Of a stretch of 64,000 bases of DNA, positions 28,471 to 37,068 are shown piece after piece (within the stretch, counting starts at the first letter, position 1; each line of letters starts with the position of its first letter). The notes beneath the pieces were generated by a model that was not told the origin of the DNA, ran no database searches, and saw nothing but the letters and a program-made list of their open reading frames with translations. The position numbers were made by a program, and so were the translations under genes. Location of the stretch: the NCBI GenBank assembly GCA_039714655.1, contig JBDLIX010000002.1, positions 46,242 to 110,241 of the forward strand, written 5' to 3'. Source of the DNA: Bacteroidota bacterium (lineage in GTDB: Bacteria; Bacteroidota; Bacteroidia; Bacteroidales; GCA-2748055).

Positions 28471-29574
28471 ATGGAATTAATGGATAAGAATAGTTATTGT
28501 GTCATCATGGCGGGCGGGATCGGAAGCCGTTTTTGGCCCCTTAGTAAAACCCAGCGCCCCAAACAATTCCTGGATATTCTGGGAACAGGCAGAACTCTTT
28601 TGCAGCAGACCTTCGATCGTTTCAAACAGATTATGCCGGCCGACCACATTTTTATTGTAAGCAATCTTGAATACAAAGAGATTATTATTGAACAACTGCC
28701 AGAAATTCCTGTGGAGAATATTCTTCTTGAGCCCCTTCGCAGGAATACGGCGCCCTGTATAGACTACGCCAACTTTTGTATCCTCAGGAAAAATCCTGAT
28801 GCGAAAATTGTGGTGGCACCATCAGATCATCTGATTGTAAAAGAGGAAGAATTCCTGCGTTCTGTGAACCAGGGTCTGGAATTTGTAGCATCAAATGATG
28901 CGTTGCTGACCATGGGAATTGTACCAAGCCGACCCGAAACAGGTTACGGGTATATTCAATCCGTTCAAAGTGGGGTGGCAGGTTATGAATCTACCGGATT
29001 GATGAAAGTAAAGACCTTTACAGAGAAGCCAGACCTGAAAATGGCGAAGGTATTTCTTGACAGCGGAGATTTCTACTGGAACGCCGGGATCTTTTTCTGG
29101 TCATTGAAGAGTATCATGAATTCTTTTGAAAAATTCCTGCCGGAGATTCACGCCTTATTTAAGGAGGGAGAGGATCTCTATGGAACTGACAAAGAGCAGG
29201 ATTTTATCCAGAAAACTTACGGTAATTGCCGAAACATCAGCATCGATTACGGCGTTATGGAAAAGGCTGATAATGTGTATGTCCTGGTATCAGATTTCGG
29301 TTGGTCAGACCTGGGTACCTGGGGATCGCTTTACGAGCAACTGGACAAAGATAGCAATCAGAACTCTGTAACAGGTAAACATGTTTTCATGTACGACTCT
29401 TTCGGTAATATCGTAAACGTTCAGGATGATAAACTGGTGGTTCTCCATGGACTGGAAGATTACATTGTGGTTCAGAATGACAACATCGTCCTGGTATGTA
29501 GAAGGAATGATGAGCAGAAAATCAAACAATTCGTCAACGAAGTCAAGGCAGAGATCGGGGAAGACATGATGTAG
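28471..29574 (+). CDS. manC: Mannose-1-phosphate guanylyltransferase
   Basis: VIMAGGIGSRFWPLSK nucleotidyltransferase motif. The ~365-aa length fits the Bacteroidota ManC type. Confidence 0.88.
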   Translation: MELMDKNSYCVIMAGGIGSRFWPLSKTQRPKQFLDILGTGRTLLQQTFDRFKQIMPADHIFIVSNLEYKEIIIEQLPEIPVENILLEPLRRNTAPCIDYANFCILRKNPDAKIVVAPSDHLIVKEEEFLRSVNQGLEFVASNDALLTMGIVPSRPETGYGYIQSVQSGVAGYESTGLMKVKTFTEKPDLKMAKVFLDSGDFYWNAGIFFWSLKSIMNSFEKFLPEIHALFKEGEDLYGTDKEQDFIQKTYGNCRNISIDYGVMEKADNVYVLVSDFGWSDLGTWGSLYEQLDKDSNQNSVTGKHVFMYDSFGNIVNVQDDKLVVLHGLEDYIVVQNDNIVLVCRRNDEQKIKQFVNEVKAEIGEDMM

Positions 29575-29607
29575 GGTCTCCGGGAATTACAAAAGTTATA
29601 TCCTTTC

Positions 29608-29682
29608 GCATATTTTAAAACGCAACGTGGTTGTTTACTTCGTAAAAAATCCCATGTTGCTTTTTTAATATATGCTTCAGGA
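29608..29682 (+). repeat. Imperfect-palindrome intergenic repeat, copy C1 (same orientation as A)
   Basis: gcatattttaaaacgc..tttac-ttc-gtaaa..gcttttttaatatatgc followed by cttcagga, as in copy A. It lies 34 nt after the manC stop. Confidence 0.7.
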
Positions 29683-29696
29683 TTGAATACCCTGGA

Positions 29697-29738
29697 GGAA
29701 GCCTATAAATATTTACGTAGTAAAGATTTTCAGCGACG
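29697..29738 (-). repeat. Partial repeat copy C2 (same orientation as B)
   Basis: ggaagcctataaatatttacgtagtaaagattttcagcgacg aligns with aagctgcctataatactttacgaagtaaaggatttaagtagcg of copy B. Confidence 0.55.
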
Positions 29739-29748
29739 AGTGGGCATA

Positions 29749-29788
29749 ACAAAAAAAGAGAGTGTACCTTTTGATTTGACACCCTCTT
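29749..29788 (-). terminator. Intrinsic terminator of the porP-gldKLMN operon
   Basis: The minus strand reads AAGAGGGUGU-13 nt loop-ACACUCUCUU, a 10-bp stem with one mismatch, followed by UUUUUGUU. It lies 21 nt after the gldN stop. Confidence 0.6.
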
Positions 29789-29809
29789 TAAATGTTGTGG
29801 TTGTTGGGT

Positions 29810-30706
29810 CTAGTATTCCCAGAGGTCATGTTCCATGATGAACAGATCCCTCTTGATCCGTTCAGCCTCCAGCAAAACATCCTGTCCCAGTTTATAGTCT
29901 GTCAGCATCCTGTTTCCAAAAACATTGGATTCGGCAATGACGGTACTGGAGAAACGACGCTGGAAAAAGAGATCGTCAAATGAAATGGACTGCGCATCAT
30001 TGTTGGGGTTGTACACAGAGTGAGTGGCAAACAACCTGCGACATTGTGGAAAATGCACCACAAATGGAATGGATAACCTGGGAGCAGGCAGTCGTTCATT
30101 GAATTCATCGTAATAATTATAAAAGACCGGGGCAATTGCAACAATGCGTACCTTCATGACCGAATGCTGCTTGTCAAAATACCACTGCTCCTGAATCTGG
30201 AATTGAATAATGTCATTTGATCTCTGATCAACCCTCAAAAAATTATCATCATCATCCCAGACAGTATCTCCAGCTGTTGCCTCGTATATATCCTCCAGCG
30301 TGGTGGTAACGGAAAAGGGATCCTTCCAGCCAGCAATGGGATTAAAGAAATAGGGGGTAATCTCTTCAGTCTTGATCCCCTCCATCAACAATCCAAACAA
30401 GCTGTATCTCTCTCCATCGCTCATGGACCCTTGGGTGGGATAACGGAGCGGCATGTTCATGCGGTGACGGAGGTCAATGGCGCGCCACATGTCCTTGCCC
30501 CACATTACATCGGCTTCCCGGATATAACTATAGGGAACCGGTTTCTTTTCCGGGATGATCGTTTCCGATACATATACATCCGTACTGGGGGTGTATGAAG
30601 TAATTACCGGTGCATTCCCAGGTGTAATTGTCTGTGTTTGTGCAGATAAGGAAACTATCCCTAACATGAGCACTGCTGTTCCAATAATATATCTTTTTGC
30701 TTTCAT
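29810..30706 (-). CDS. gldN: T9SS/gliding motility periplasmic ring protein GldN (PorN)
   Basis: 298 aa with a signal peptide, immediately after gldM (1-nt gap). Position in the operon and length fit GldN. Confidence 0.85.
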   Translation of the reverse strand: MKAKRYIIGTAVLMLGIVSLSAQTQTITPGNAPVITSYTPSTDVYVSETIIPEKKPVPYSYIREADVMWGKDMWRAIDLRHRMNMPLRYPTQGSMSDGERYSLFGLLMEGIKTEEITPYFFNPIAGWKDPFSVTTTLEDIYEATAGDTVWDDDDNFLRVDQRSNDIIQFQIQEQWYFDKQHSVMKVRIVAIAPVFYNYYDEFNERLPAPRLSIPFVVHFPQCRRLFATHSVYNPNNDAQSISFDDLFFQRRFSSTVIAESNVFGNRMLTDYKLGQDVLLEAERIKRDLFIMEHDLWEY

Positions 30707-30707
30707 C

Positions 30708-32297
30708 TTAAATAACTATTATGGTGATGCCATTCAAGTTCCTTAGCACGCCATCAGGACCAGTTGCCTTAATCTTTTCAATCATGATCCTCTGTCCACT
30801 TCTTAATTGGCGGAAAAGGTTCTTTTGTTCAGAGGTAAAACGTTCGCTGTCCGATTTCATTGAGCTCCAGATGTTGCCCTGTCCCTGGAATGCTACCTGA
30901 AAAGACTTGACTTTGTATTCCACTTCAAACACAAAATCTTCTGCTTTCGCTTCCACAATCTTTAATTGGGAAAGATTTCCAACGGTGAGATTTCCTTCAG
31001 ATCCCCTTACTCCTTTCACCTTTGCATCTGGTGTGGGCAGGTTAAAGACCCTGAAATCCATCCGGTTCATCAAGGTTCTGGACCCATTTGATTGAGAATA
31101 TACACTCACGGTAGCTTTTTTCCCCTGTGGTCCGGGTTTCACAACATACTCTCCCGGCCGGATCCTGCGAATCGTACCACTGGATATTGCAGCTTTTACT
31201 GTACTTTCAGCAACTCCACCTGCGGAGATTTCAACGGGATTTGGAATACCACGGTAAAACACATTCATCCCTGTAGCAGCAATTGTTGCGTTGGCTTCGG
31301 CTACCTCAAATTCTGCTTCAAATGAACGGCTTATTACATTTCCTTCGTTTTCAAGTTGAATGGTACCTCCCCACTTACGGATCCCAATGGAATTGGATGT
31401 AGCAGTATAGACACCCTTTCCGGATTCCACATCAAGCATGGTCCCATTATTAAGCTTTACTTCCGGCATTTTGGTGGAGTCGTAAGCTGCAAGAAAAACC
31501 TTGGCCCTGTACTCCTGTCCCCTGAAAACCAAGCTTCGATCGGGAATTACCACAGCCTCCAGGGTATTGACCGGTACGGCACCGGCATCCACCTGTCCCA
31601 GAAGATAATTGAGCATCTCAGCTTCCACATTACGTGCATCTGCCTGCATTTTGGAAAGCAGCGTAACCACAGCCGCCAGAGGAAGATCTTCGAAATAACC
31701 TGATTCCCAGGTCATAAGATCTCCAGCTCTTTGCTTCTTGTGTTGAATCTTATCGGGTGGATCGGTACTTAAATTATCGTTAATGGCCTCTATGGTAGAA
31801 GCATATTTCTCATGATCATCCACAATGGACAAGAGGTATTCACGGAGATCATCAATCTTCTGTTTCAATTCTTTATATCTCCGGCCTCCTTCTAAAGTGA
31901 TCATAACCGTAGCTCCGATTTCCAGATTATCCTTCACCTTCACCTCATGCCAGTCAATAGAGCCTTCATGAATAGCTTTTTCATCTTTTTCACGGATGAT
32001 ATCAAGTTTGCATTCCTGTATATAATTGTACAAATCATCGGTTCGGGCATGCATTTCATCTGCCCTGTCTTTCCAAATACTGTATTTTTCGGGATTTTGT
32101 TCACTTGATATTGAGAACTGACTGTAGACCCCTGCATTTTTTTCAGCAAAGCTCTCGGTGGTTACCTGAAGTCCGTTGTCGACCAATACGAATGCATCCA
32201 GCACCTCCTTTGATACATTCAGTGCCAACATGGCTGTCAGCACCAAATACATCATACCGATCATCTTTTGTCTCGGTGTTTCTTTACCGCTTGCCAT
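30708..32297 (-). CDS. gldM: T9SS/gliding motility protein GldM (PorM)
   Basis: The N-terminus MASGKETPRQKMIGMMYLVLTAMLALNVSKEVLDAF is the hallmark GldM TM helix. 529 aa. Confidence 0.93.
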   Translation of the reverse strand: MASGKETPRQKMIGMMYLVLTAMLALNVSKEVLDAFVLVDNGLQVTTESFAEKNAGVYSQFSISSEQNPEKYSIWKDRADEMHARTDDLYNYIQECKLDIIREKDEKAIHEGSIDWHEVKVKDNLEIGATVMITLEGGRRYKELKQKIDDLREYLLSIVDDHEKYASTIEAINDNLSTDPPDKIQHKKQRAGDLMTWESGYFEDLPLAAVVTLLSKMQADARNVEAEMLNYLLGQVDAGAVPVNTLEAVVIPDRSLVFRGQEYRAKVFLAAYDSTKMPEVKLNNGTMLDVESGKGVYTATSNSIGIRKWGGTIQLENEGNVISRSFEAEFEVAEANATIAATGMNVFYRGIPNPVEISAGGVAESTVKAAISSGTIRRIRPGEYVVKPGPQGKKATVSVYSQSNGSRTLMNRMDFRVFNLPTPDAKVKGVRGSEGNLTVGNLSQLKIVEAKAEDFVFEVEYKVKSFQVAFQGQGNIWSSMKSDSERFTSEQKNLFRQLRSGQRIMIEKIKATGPDGVLRNLNGITIIVI

Positions 32298-32318
32298 AGA
32301 TCAGGATTATAGGGTTAA

Positions 32319-33281
32319 TTATTTTTTTCTGATGCTCATCGCGGAGAGCATGTTGCCGTATACATTATTCAGCTCAGAAAGACTTTCGCTGAGTTTTACA
32401 ATTTCGCTCTTATACTTCTGAGTCTCCTCAACGGATGACTGAAGACTGGAGATCATCTCGTTCAGCCCCTGGAATACCTCGGAAGTACCCTGAAGGTGAT
32501 CTTTGCTTCCCTTGACCTGGTCAGAATATGAAGAATTCAAATCCACAAGATTCCTATTCAGGGATTCAAGCTGACTGTTAAATTGTTTCTGACTCTGTGA
32601 GATATTGGTGTGCTCCTGTTTTACCTCACCCGACATGGCCTCATAGGTGGCAGTCAGGTTGGCACTGGAAGCTGAAAACTTATCGGCAATGTCCTTGCCT
32701 TTCTGATCAATCAGGGAAGCTGTATTCTTATATGAATCGGCAAGTGTATTTACAGATTCATTGAGTGCTCCGGTGTTGGACCCATAGGCGTTGGCCACAT
32801 TGTCCATATTCTGCGCGGCTGAACCCATCTTGTCGAAGTACTCCTTGGTAGCCAGTGAAGCAGTGGTAATATCACCAATGGTCTCCGTGGTGGAGGAAAT
32901 CGTATTCAGATGTTTACCAAGGCTGCGAACATCTTCAGCGTTGATCTGGGATTGCTGGAACAATTCATCAAATTTTTGCAATCCTACATTTCTGTCGGCA
33001 ATGGCTTGCTCCTTGTACTCGTCAATTTCATCCGGATCGGACATACCTGCCAATTCCGGGTAAACCAGGGTCCAGTCAAGCTCTTCATGCAAAGGCTCAA
33101 ATGCCGAGAAGAAGAAAATAATGGCCTCAGTGATCAGTCCAGCCGCCAGGGCAACTGTGGACCCAGGCCAGTGTTGGATTTTGAAAAGAGCTCCGATAAT
33201 TACAAGAGATGCTCCGAAACCATATAACTTGGCCGTAAAACTCTTCCAACCCGAACTTTGAACAATTTCTGTAATTCCCAT
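32319..33281 (-). CDS. gldL: T9SS/gliding motility motor protein GldL (PorL)
   Basis: Two N-terminal TM helices (YGFGASLVIIGALFKIQHWPG...GLITEAIIFFFSAFEP) and a long C-terminal coiled-coil-like tail. 320 aa. Confidence 0.92.
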   Translation of the reverse strand: MGITEIVQSSGWKSFTAKLYGFGASLVIIGALFKIQHWPGSTVALAAGLITEAIIFFFSAFEPLHEELDWTLVYPELAGMSDPDEIDEYKEQAIADRNVGLQKFDELFQQSQINAEDVRSLGKHLNTISSTTETIGDITTASLATKEYFDKMGSAAQNMDNVANAYGSNTGALNESVNTLADSYKNTASLIDQKGKDIADKFSASSANLTATYEAMSGEVKQEHTNISQSQKQFNSQLESLNRNLVDLNSSYSDQVKGSKDHLQGTSEVFQGLNEMISSLQSSVEETQKYKSEIVKLSESLSELNNVYGNMLSAMSIRKK

Positions 33282-33297
33282 TATATAAAGTGTTTAA

Positions 33298-34683
33298 TTA
33301 TTGATCACCTAAATACGAACGAACACATCTGAATCCAATGTATGATTTGGCAGTATCCTGATATTCGTAGTCGCGGGTACTGACCTGTAGATAACGTGCT
33401 ATGTCTTTCCAGGATCCACCCCTGACTACTTTCCGCTTCATAACTGGTGGATCATCAGGTTTAGCATTGTAATTGTAATAAGGGTTCATATCGTGTGAAA
33501 ACACGTATGCAGAAGGATCATAAGCAGTAATGGTCCATTCGGCCACATTCCCTGCCATATCGTAGAGGCCAAACTCATTGGGAACTCCATAATAACCTAC
33601 CCTGGCAGGATACATGGAGCCATCGTCCGTATAATTACCCCGCAATGGTTTGAAATTGGCGATAAAACAACCCAGTTTATTTCTCAGGTAAACACCACCC
33701 CAGGGGTACATGCTGTGATCCAGGTTCCCTCTTGCTGCATATTCCCACTCAGCTTCGATAGGAAGCCTGAAATCCTGAACCGTGGGTTGACCACTATTGG
33801 ATAACGCATGATTCAGGTAATTGGTCCTCCAGTTACAAAATGCATTGGCCTGCTTCCAGTTAATCCCCACTACCGGGTAGTTGTCGTATGATGGAGAGCG
33901 GAAATACATGTTTGTCATGGGTTCATTAAATGAGTAGGTAAAATCCCTGACCCAGACCAGTGTATCGGGGTAGACCAGCACCCAGTCTTTGTTTACAAAT
34001 GAAGCCCTGCTTGTTACCTCTTCCTGTTCGCCGGTGGGCCTGGTGACAGTCCCACCGTAAGTAACCACTGGATCTGCACTGCCTCCGGAATAATCCAGAC
34101 GGAAACCATTGGCAGCTCTTGAAGCCTGAACCAGGTCAACCCAGTAATAATTGTAAATAAGCTTGGTAACATTGATCTCTTTGGAGATAAGGGAAAGTCG
34201 ATCGGCTCCACTGTAGTAAATGCCCAGATCATCAATAATCTGAGAAATGTTGCCTTCTTTGTCTTTAGAAGGATCCAGTGAAGCGTTCCAGTCGATTACA
34301 GGATCTCCATCCAAGTCCTCAAGGGGCTGGCCTTCATCATCTTTCATCATAAAATCCTCAATTCCCTGGATGGCAAGCTCTTTCCGGATAATAGAATCAC
34401 GAATCCAGTTTACATACTGCCGGTATTCATTGTTTGTAATTTCTGTTTCATCCATCCAGAAGGCGTCGACCGCTACTGTCCTTGCCATACTGTTCTGAGT
34501 CCATGTTACATCCTGATCACTGGGGCCCATCAAAAATGAACCTGTAGGAATCGGTACCATTCCAAATGGATCGGGTTCAGCATACGCCTTTCTACCCTCT
34601 ACTCCAACAAGCTCACCATTGTTGTAAGAACTACAACTTCCAATGAGTGCTGCTATACCAACTATTATCACTATTTGTTTCAT
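33298..34683 (-). CDS. gldK: T9SS/gliding motility lipoprotein GldK (PorK), FGE-sulfatase (SUMF1) fold
   Basis: Lipobox LIGSC from the ATG at 34683. Also FWMDETEITNNEYRQY.. and ..RGGSWKD...GFRCV, typical of GldK/SUMF1. Confidence 0.92.
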   Translation of the reverse strand: MKQIVIIVGIAALIGSCSSYNNGELVGVEGRKAYAEPDPFGMVPIPTGSFLMGPSDQDVTWTQNSMARTVAVDAFWMDETEITNNEYRQYVNWIRDSIIRKELAIQGIEDFMMKDDEGQPLEDLDGDPVIDWNASLDPSKDKEGNISQIIDDLGIYYSGADRLSLISKEINVTKLIYNYYWVDLVQASRAANGFRLDYSGGSADPVVTYGGTVTRPTGEQEEVTSRASFVNKDWVLVYPDTLVWVRDFTYSFNEPMTNMYFRSPSYDNYPVVGINWKQANAFCNWRTNYLNHALSNSGQPTVQDFRLPIEAEWEYAARGNLDHSMYPWGGVYLRNKLGCFIANFKPLRGNYTDDGSMYPARVGYYGVPNEFGLYDMAGNVAEWTITAYDPSAYVFSHDMNPYYNYNAKPDDPPVMKRKVVRGGSWKDIARYLQVSTRDYEYQDTAKSYIGFRCVRSYLGDQ

Positions 34684-34757
34684 AGCTAAACGCTTATAAG
34701 ATGCAAAAATCAACGTTTCTCGAATTTATAAAAAACAATGTTAAATATAGATAAATT

Positions 34758-35696
34758 TTATAAAAATCTTATACTCTTATACTTTTGGGGACTCTTGTCA
34801 ACACTGAGATCGAAGCAATATCGAACAGTGATTTCATGAGACCCGCTATTGTATTTGAGAAGGGGAGAAAGTTCGAAATCGTAAGAATATCCGATCTTGA
34901 TCCCATTCATCAATTCTATCCCGAAAAGTGCCGAAATTGCACCTCCAACTGAATAAGAAACTCCTCCCCAGAATCTTTTATTGTATCTCAGATTTGTATT
35001 CAGGTAAAGGTGGTTGGATCTTGCGTCTGTCTGAACCATCAGAGAAGGCATGATCTCAAACATTGGATTGGTTAACTGGATGGTATACCCAGCCATCAGG
35101 TAATAGTGTCTGATGAGTTTTGCCTCTGCAAGATCCTCAGGATAGTCAAATGAAGTCTGATTCAGGTGTGACGTGGAAACACCAACGTAAAGATTGTCAG
35201 TATTATAAAAGACTCCAAGTCCCATATCGAATCCAAATACGCTGCCTCCATTTTTGGGGATGGCATCGTCGGAATCGGGAGTGATAATGTCTGCCCCATT
35301 CCAGGACGGAGTGAGAGACTGGTTGGCAAGTCCCACATTGGCACCAATTCCCAGGCTGCCCATTCCCACATCGATCCGGAATGCATAGGATGCACTGAAA
35401 ATGAAGTCATTGTTGAAGGCCAGGTTGTCATTCATCAGATTCAGCCCGATCCCGTGGGTCCTTCCCAGGAGATTGAACGGCATATGTGCTGTGAAAGTGG
35501 TGGTAACAGGCGCATTGGGAAGACCGGTCCACTGATTGCGAAAAGCTGCACCAAGGCAGATCTTATCGCTGTTTCCAACGGCTCCGGGATTAAAGAATGG
35601 AGTCAAAAACATATTTTGACTGAATTTTGGATCCTGCTGAGCCAAAAGACTCAGGGAAACAACTCCAAAAAACAATATGACTACCAATCTCTTCAT
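34758..35696 (-). CDS. porP: PorP/SprF-family T9SS outer-membrane protein (PorP position, first gene of the operon)
   Basis: 312 aa. Signal peptide, then QQDPKFSQNMFLTPFFNPGAVG. The beta-barrel C-terminus is ..HEITVRYCF. Confidence 0.88.
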   Translation of the reverse strand: MKRLVVILFFGVVSLSLLAQQDPKFSQNMFLTPFFNPGAVGNSDKICLGAAFRNQWTGLPNAPVTTTFTAHMPFNLLGRTHGIGLNLMNDNLAFNNDFIFSASYAFRIDVGMGSLGIGANVGLANQSLTPSWNGADIITPDSDDAIPKNGGSVFGFDMGLGVFYNTDNLYVGVSTSHLNQTSFDYPEDLAEAKLIRHYYLMAGYTIQLTNPMFEIMPSLMVQTDARSNHLYLNTNLRYNKRFWGGVSYSVGGAISALFGIELMNGIKIGYSYDFELSPLLKYNSGSHEITVRYCFDLSVDKSPQKYKSIRFL

Positions 35697-35830
35697 CGTT
35701 CTGAAAACTCTCTGTAATACACTATTTTTCCAGCTTTTTTAACTGAAGTAAATTAAGTAAAAATAGTTCTACAACACAAATTTTATTAACATCAGAATGT
35801 TCATAACCCACTTGTCGTTTCACGCTATTG

Positions 35831-35849
35831 AGCTGTTCAAAAAACAGCT
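35831..35849 (-). terminator. Hairpin after the topA / arginase-fold gene pair (terminator candidate)
   Basis: agctgtt-5 nt-aacagct, a 7-bp perfect stem 24 nt after the stop at 35873. There is no clear U-tract. Confidence 0.35.
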
Positions 35850-35872
35850 AAATCTTTGTAATTAAACGTTAA

Positions 35873-37048
35873 TTATTCCGTTTCATTACCCAACCTGTGA
35901 AGAAAACGCCACCATCGATCCGGAATTTCCTTATTACAGGCCTGCTGGTAATCCTCATACGTACATGAAACAAAAAAGTTATAGTCAGTGACAGGATTTT
36001 TTACAGGAATTTCCATCCACCAGCGATCAGACAGTGTGCTTTTGTGAAATATAATGTCATGTCCGGCCGCATTCAGATTGACGATAAACTTCTTGATGTG
36101 TTCGGGTGTATCTACCGGATTTTCAGGGATGCGGTGAGAAATGCCTTCCAGAAAATACCAGGCAGCCTGGGCGGCGAGATGGGCAGTTTGACCGTTTATG
36201 TCAGATGATGGATTTATTTCGAAAAAACCCATGGAGTTCACATGCTCACTTAAGCCTGCGTAACGTGTGATCTGACATAGCTCATTGCTATAGAACCCAT
36301 TGGGTGAAGGAGTGGATGATCCCGGTGCATCGGCATGCCTGACCGCACTCATATCAATACTGATGAATTCTGAATCACGGATCAGGGGTTCAGTTTGCTT
36401 TATATCTTTACGGGCCTCTCCCAACCGGATACTCTCGAGGTAAGATTTTTCCAACTGTTGTAGCTGATTATCAGTTACAAAATAGGCCTGATGCCCAAGA
36501 TTAGTGAAGCTGAATTGTTCTCTGACAGCCGGATCCAGTATCTGGTTCAGGTAGTTTCGGCTATTCACAGTATCTTCTTTCCCGGAAAAATCCAACATGG
36601 AGTCGATGGTGAGGATCTGATGAAGGCCTTCCTGTTTCTCAAGGGCCAGAAAGAGACCCCTGCAAAGATCCTGCGATCCTCCCAGTATAATAGAGACCAT
36701 GTCTCGTTCCATCAATTCCAGAAGAACATCTCTTATGGCATAATAAGTATCATTAACCGATCCTCCATTCTTGATGTTACCCAGGTCATATATCCTGAGG
36801 TTTTTGTTAATCTTCTTGAGTTGGTAGAGTTTACTTCTGATCCGGTCAGGAGCCTCTTTACTCCCTTTGATAAAAGCATTGCTATCTTCGGGGATACCCA
36901 GGATCACTACCTGGTGTTTATCCAGTTCTCGAATGGGGAGGTCAGGTGTGTGGACCGAAATGTGATGACTGAAGGATTCGTTGTCTTCCAGGTATTCGAA
37001 ATCGGGCCTTTCCAGGCTTACGGGATCGAAATAATCATTGAGGTCCAT
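35873..37048 (-). CDS. Arginase/formimidoylglutamase (ureohydrolase) fold protein, probably with degenerate metal site
   Basis: 391 aa. Ureohydrolase-like blocks are VSIILGGSQD, ILTIDSMLD and ISIDMSAVRHADAPGSSTP. The canonical versions are GGDHS, DAHxD and SxDxDxxDP. It lies 20 nt after topA. Confidence 0.7.
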   Translation of the reverse strand: MDLNDYFDPVSLERPDFEYLEDNESFSHHISVHTPDLPIRELDKHQVVILGIPEDSNAFIKGSKEAPDRIRSKLYQLKKINKNLRIYDLGNIKNGGSVNDTYYAIRDVLLELMERDMVSIILGGSQDLCRGLFLALEKQEGLHQILTIDSMLDFSGKEDTVNSRNYLNQILDPAVREQFSFTNLGHQAYFVTDNQLQQLEKSYLESIRLGEARKDIKQTEPLIRDSEFISIDMSAVRHADAPGSSTPSPNGFYSNELCQITRYAGLSEHVNSMGFFEINPSSDINGQTAHLAAQAAWYFLEGISHRIPENPVDTPEHIKKFIVNLNAAGHDIIFHKSTLSDRWWMEIPVKNPVTDYNFFVSCTYEDYQQACNKEIPDRWWRFLHRLGNETE

Positions 37049-37068
37049 TGGATGCTGGGTTTTGAGTT

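Noticed and set aside
12981-29738. The hairpin repeats as a MITE or other transposable element
   Set aside because: No transposase or integrase is present in the window. I could not identify target-site duplications flanking any copy. Copy termini differ in sequence. A REP-like structural element or recombination site fits better, and MITE status remains untested.
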